64,000 nt of DNA from positions 17,388 through 81,387 of IMG/VR virus record IMGVR_UViG_3300036827_000193. One strand, 5' to 3'. A program made the translations under genes and the position numbers. Below the pieces are notes generated by a model. The model was not told the origin of the DNA, ran no database searches, and worked only from the letters and a program-made list of their open reading frames with translations. The stretch's first letter is position 1; each line of letters opens with the position of its first letter. Positions 63,892 through 64,000 of the stretch are shown one piece after another. Source of the stretch: a virus.

Positions 63892-64000
63892 CCTCGGGGT
63901 CGAGGCTTGAAGTCCGCAATCCGGGCGCGCCAGCCGTCGCAACCTCGACGGCCTCGCCACTACCACATTTCGTCATTGTGATGTCAACGATATAATTGTG

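Larger units (their letters stand above)
1..64000 (-). mobile_element. Podovirus-like phage/prophage late (morphogenesis and lysis) region; both ends lie outside the window
   Basis: Co-oriented terS, terL, portal, scaffold, capsid, adaptor, tail and ejection genes plus endolysin; no tape measure, sheath or tube; no integrase in window. Confidence 0.93.
60516..64000 (+). mobile_element. Second IS1595-family cargo transposon (~3.5 kb, ISNwi1-like ends)
   Basis: Perfect 23-bp inverted repeat caattatatcgttgacatcacaa at 60518-60540 and 63976-63998; the right flank is outside the window so the target duplication cannot be checked. Confidence 0.88.

Overview
High-GC (alphaproteobacterial-type, probably Rhizobiales) podovirus-like phage or prophage late region, read almost entirely on the minus strand. 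From right to left: small early/accessory genes, a divergent initiator-type tRNA-Met, terS/terL, a sugar-modification cluster, portal, two TPR-glycosyltransferases plus an FkbM methyltransferase, scaffold, major capsid, adaptor, tail fibre, tail hub, GNAT, three ejection proteins (one a 3612-aa polyvalent protein) and a truncated endolysin. The ORF track misses several things. (1) The major capsid gene is split into four exons by three group I introns. One carries an antisense LAGLIDADG endonuclease, and at least one appears to end in A instead of the near-universal terminal G. (2) The giant ejection gene contains at least three SD-preceded ORFs overprinted in another frame, one directly behind a JAB-like domain. 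(3) Two IS1595-family cargo transposons are delimited by terminal inverted repeats, and one carries a paralog of a resident phage gene. (4) A small protein ending in Gly-Gly is paired with a downstream partner. (5) A short D[FL]x[QA][YF]G motif is shared by dispersed candidate ejection proteins. All family assignments come from motif recognition by eye, not database searches.
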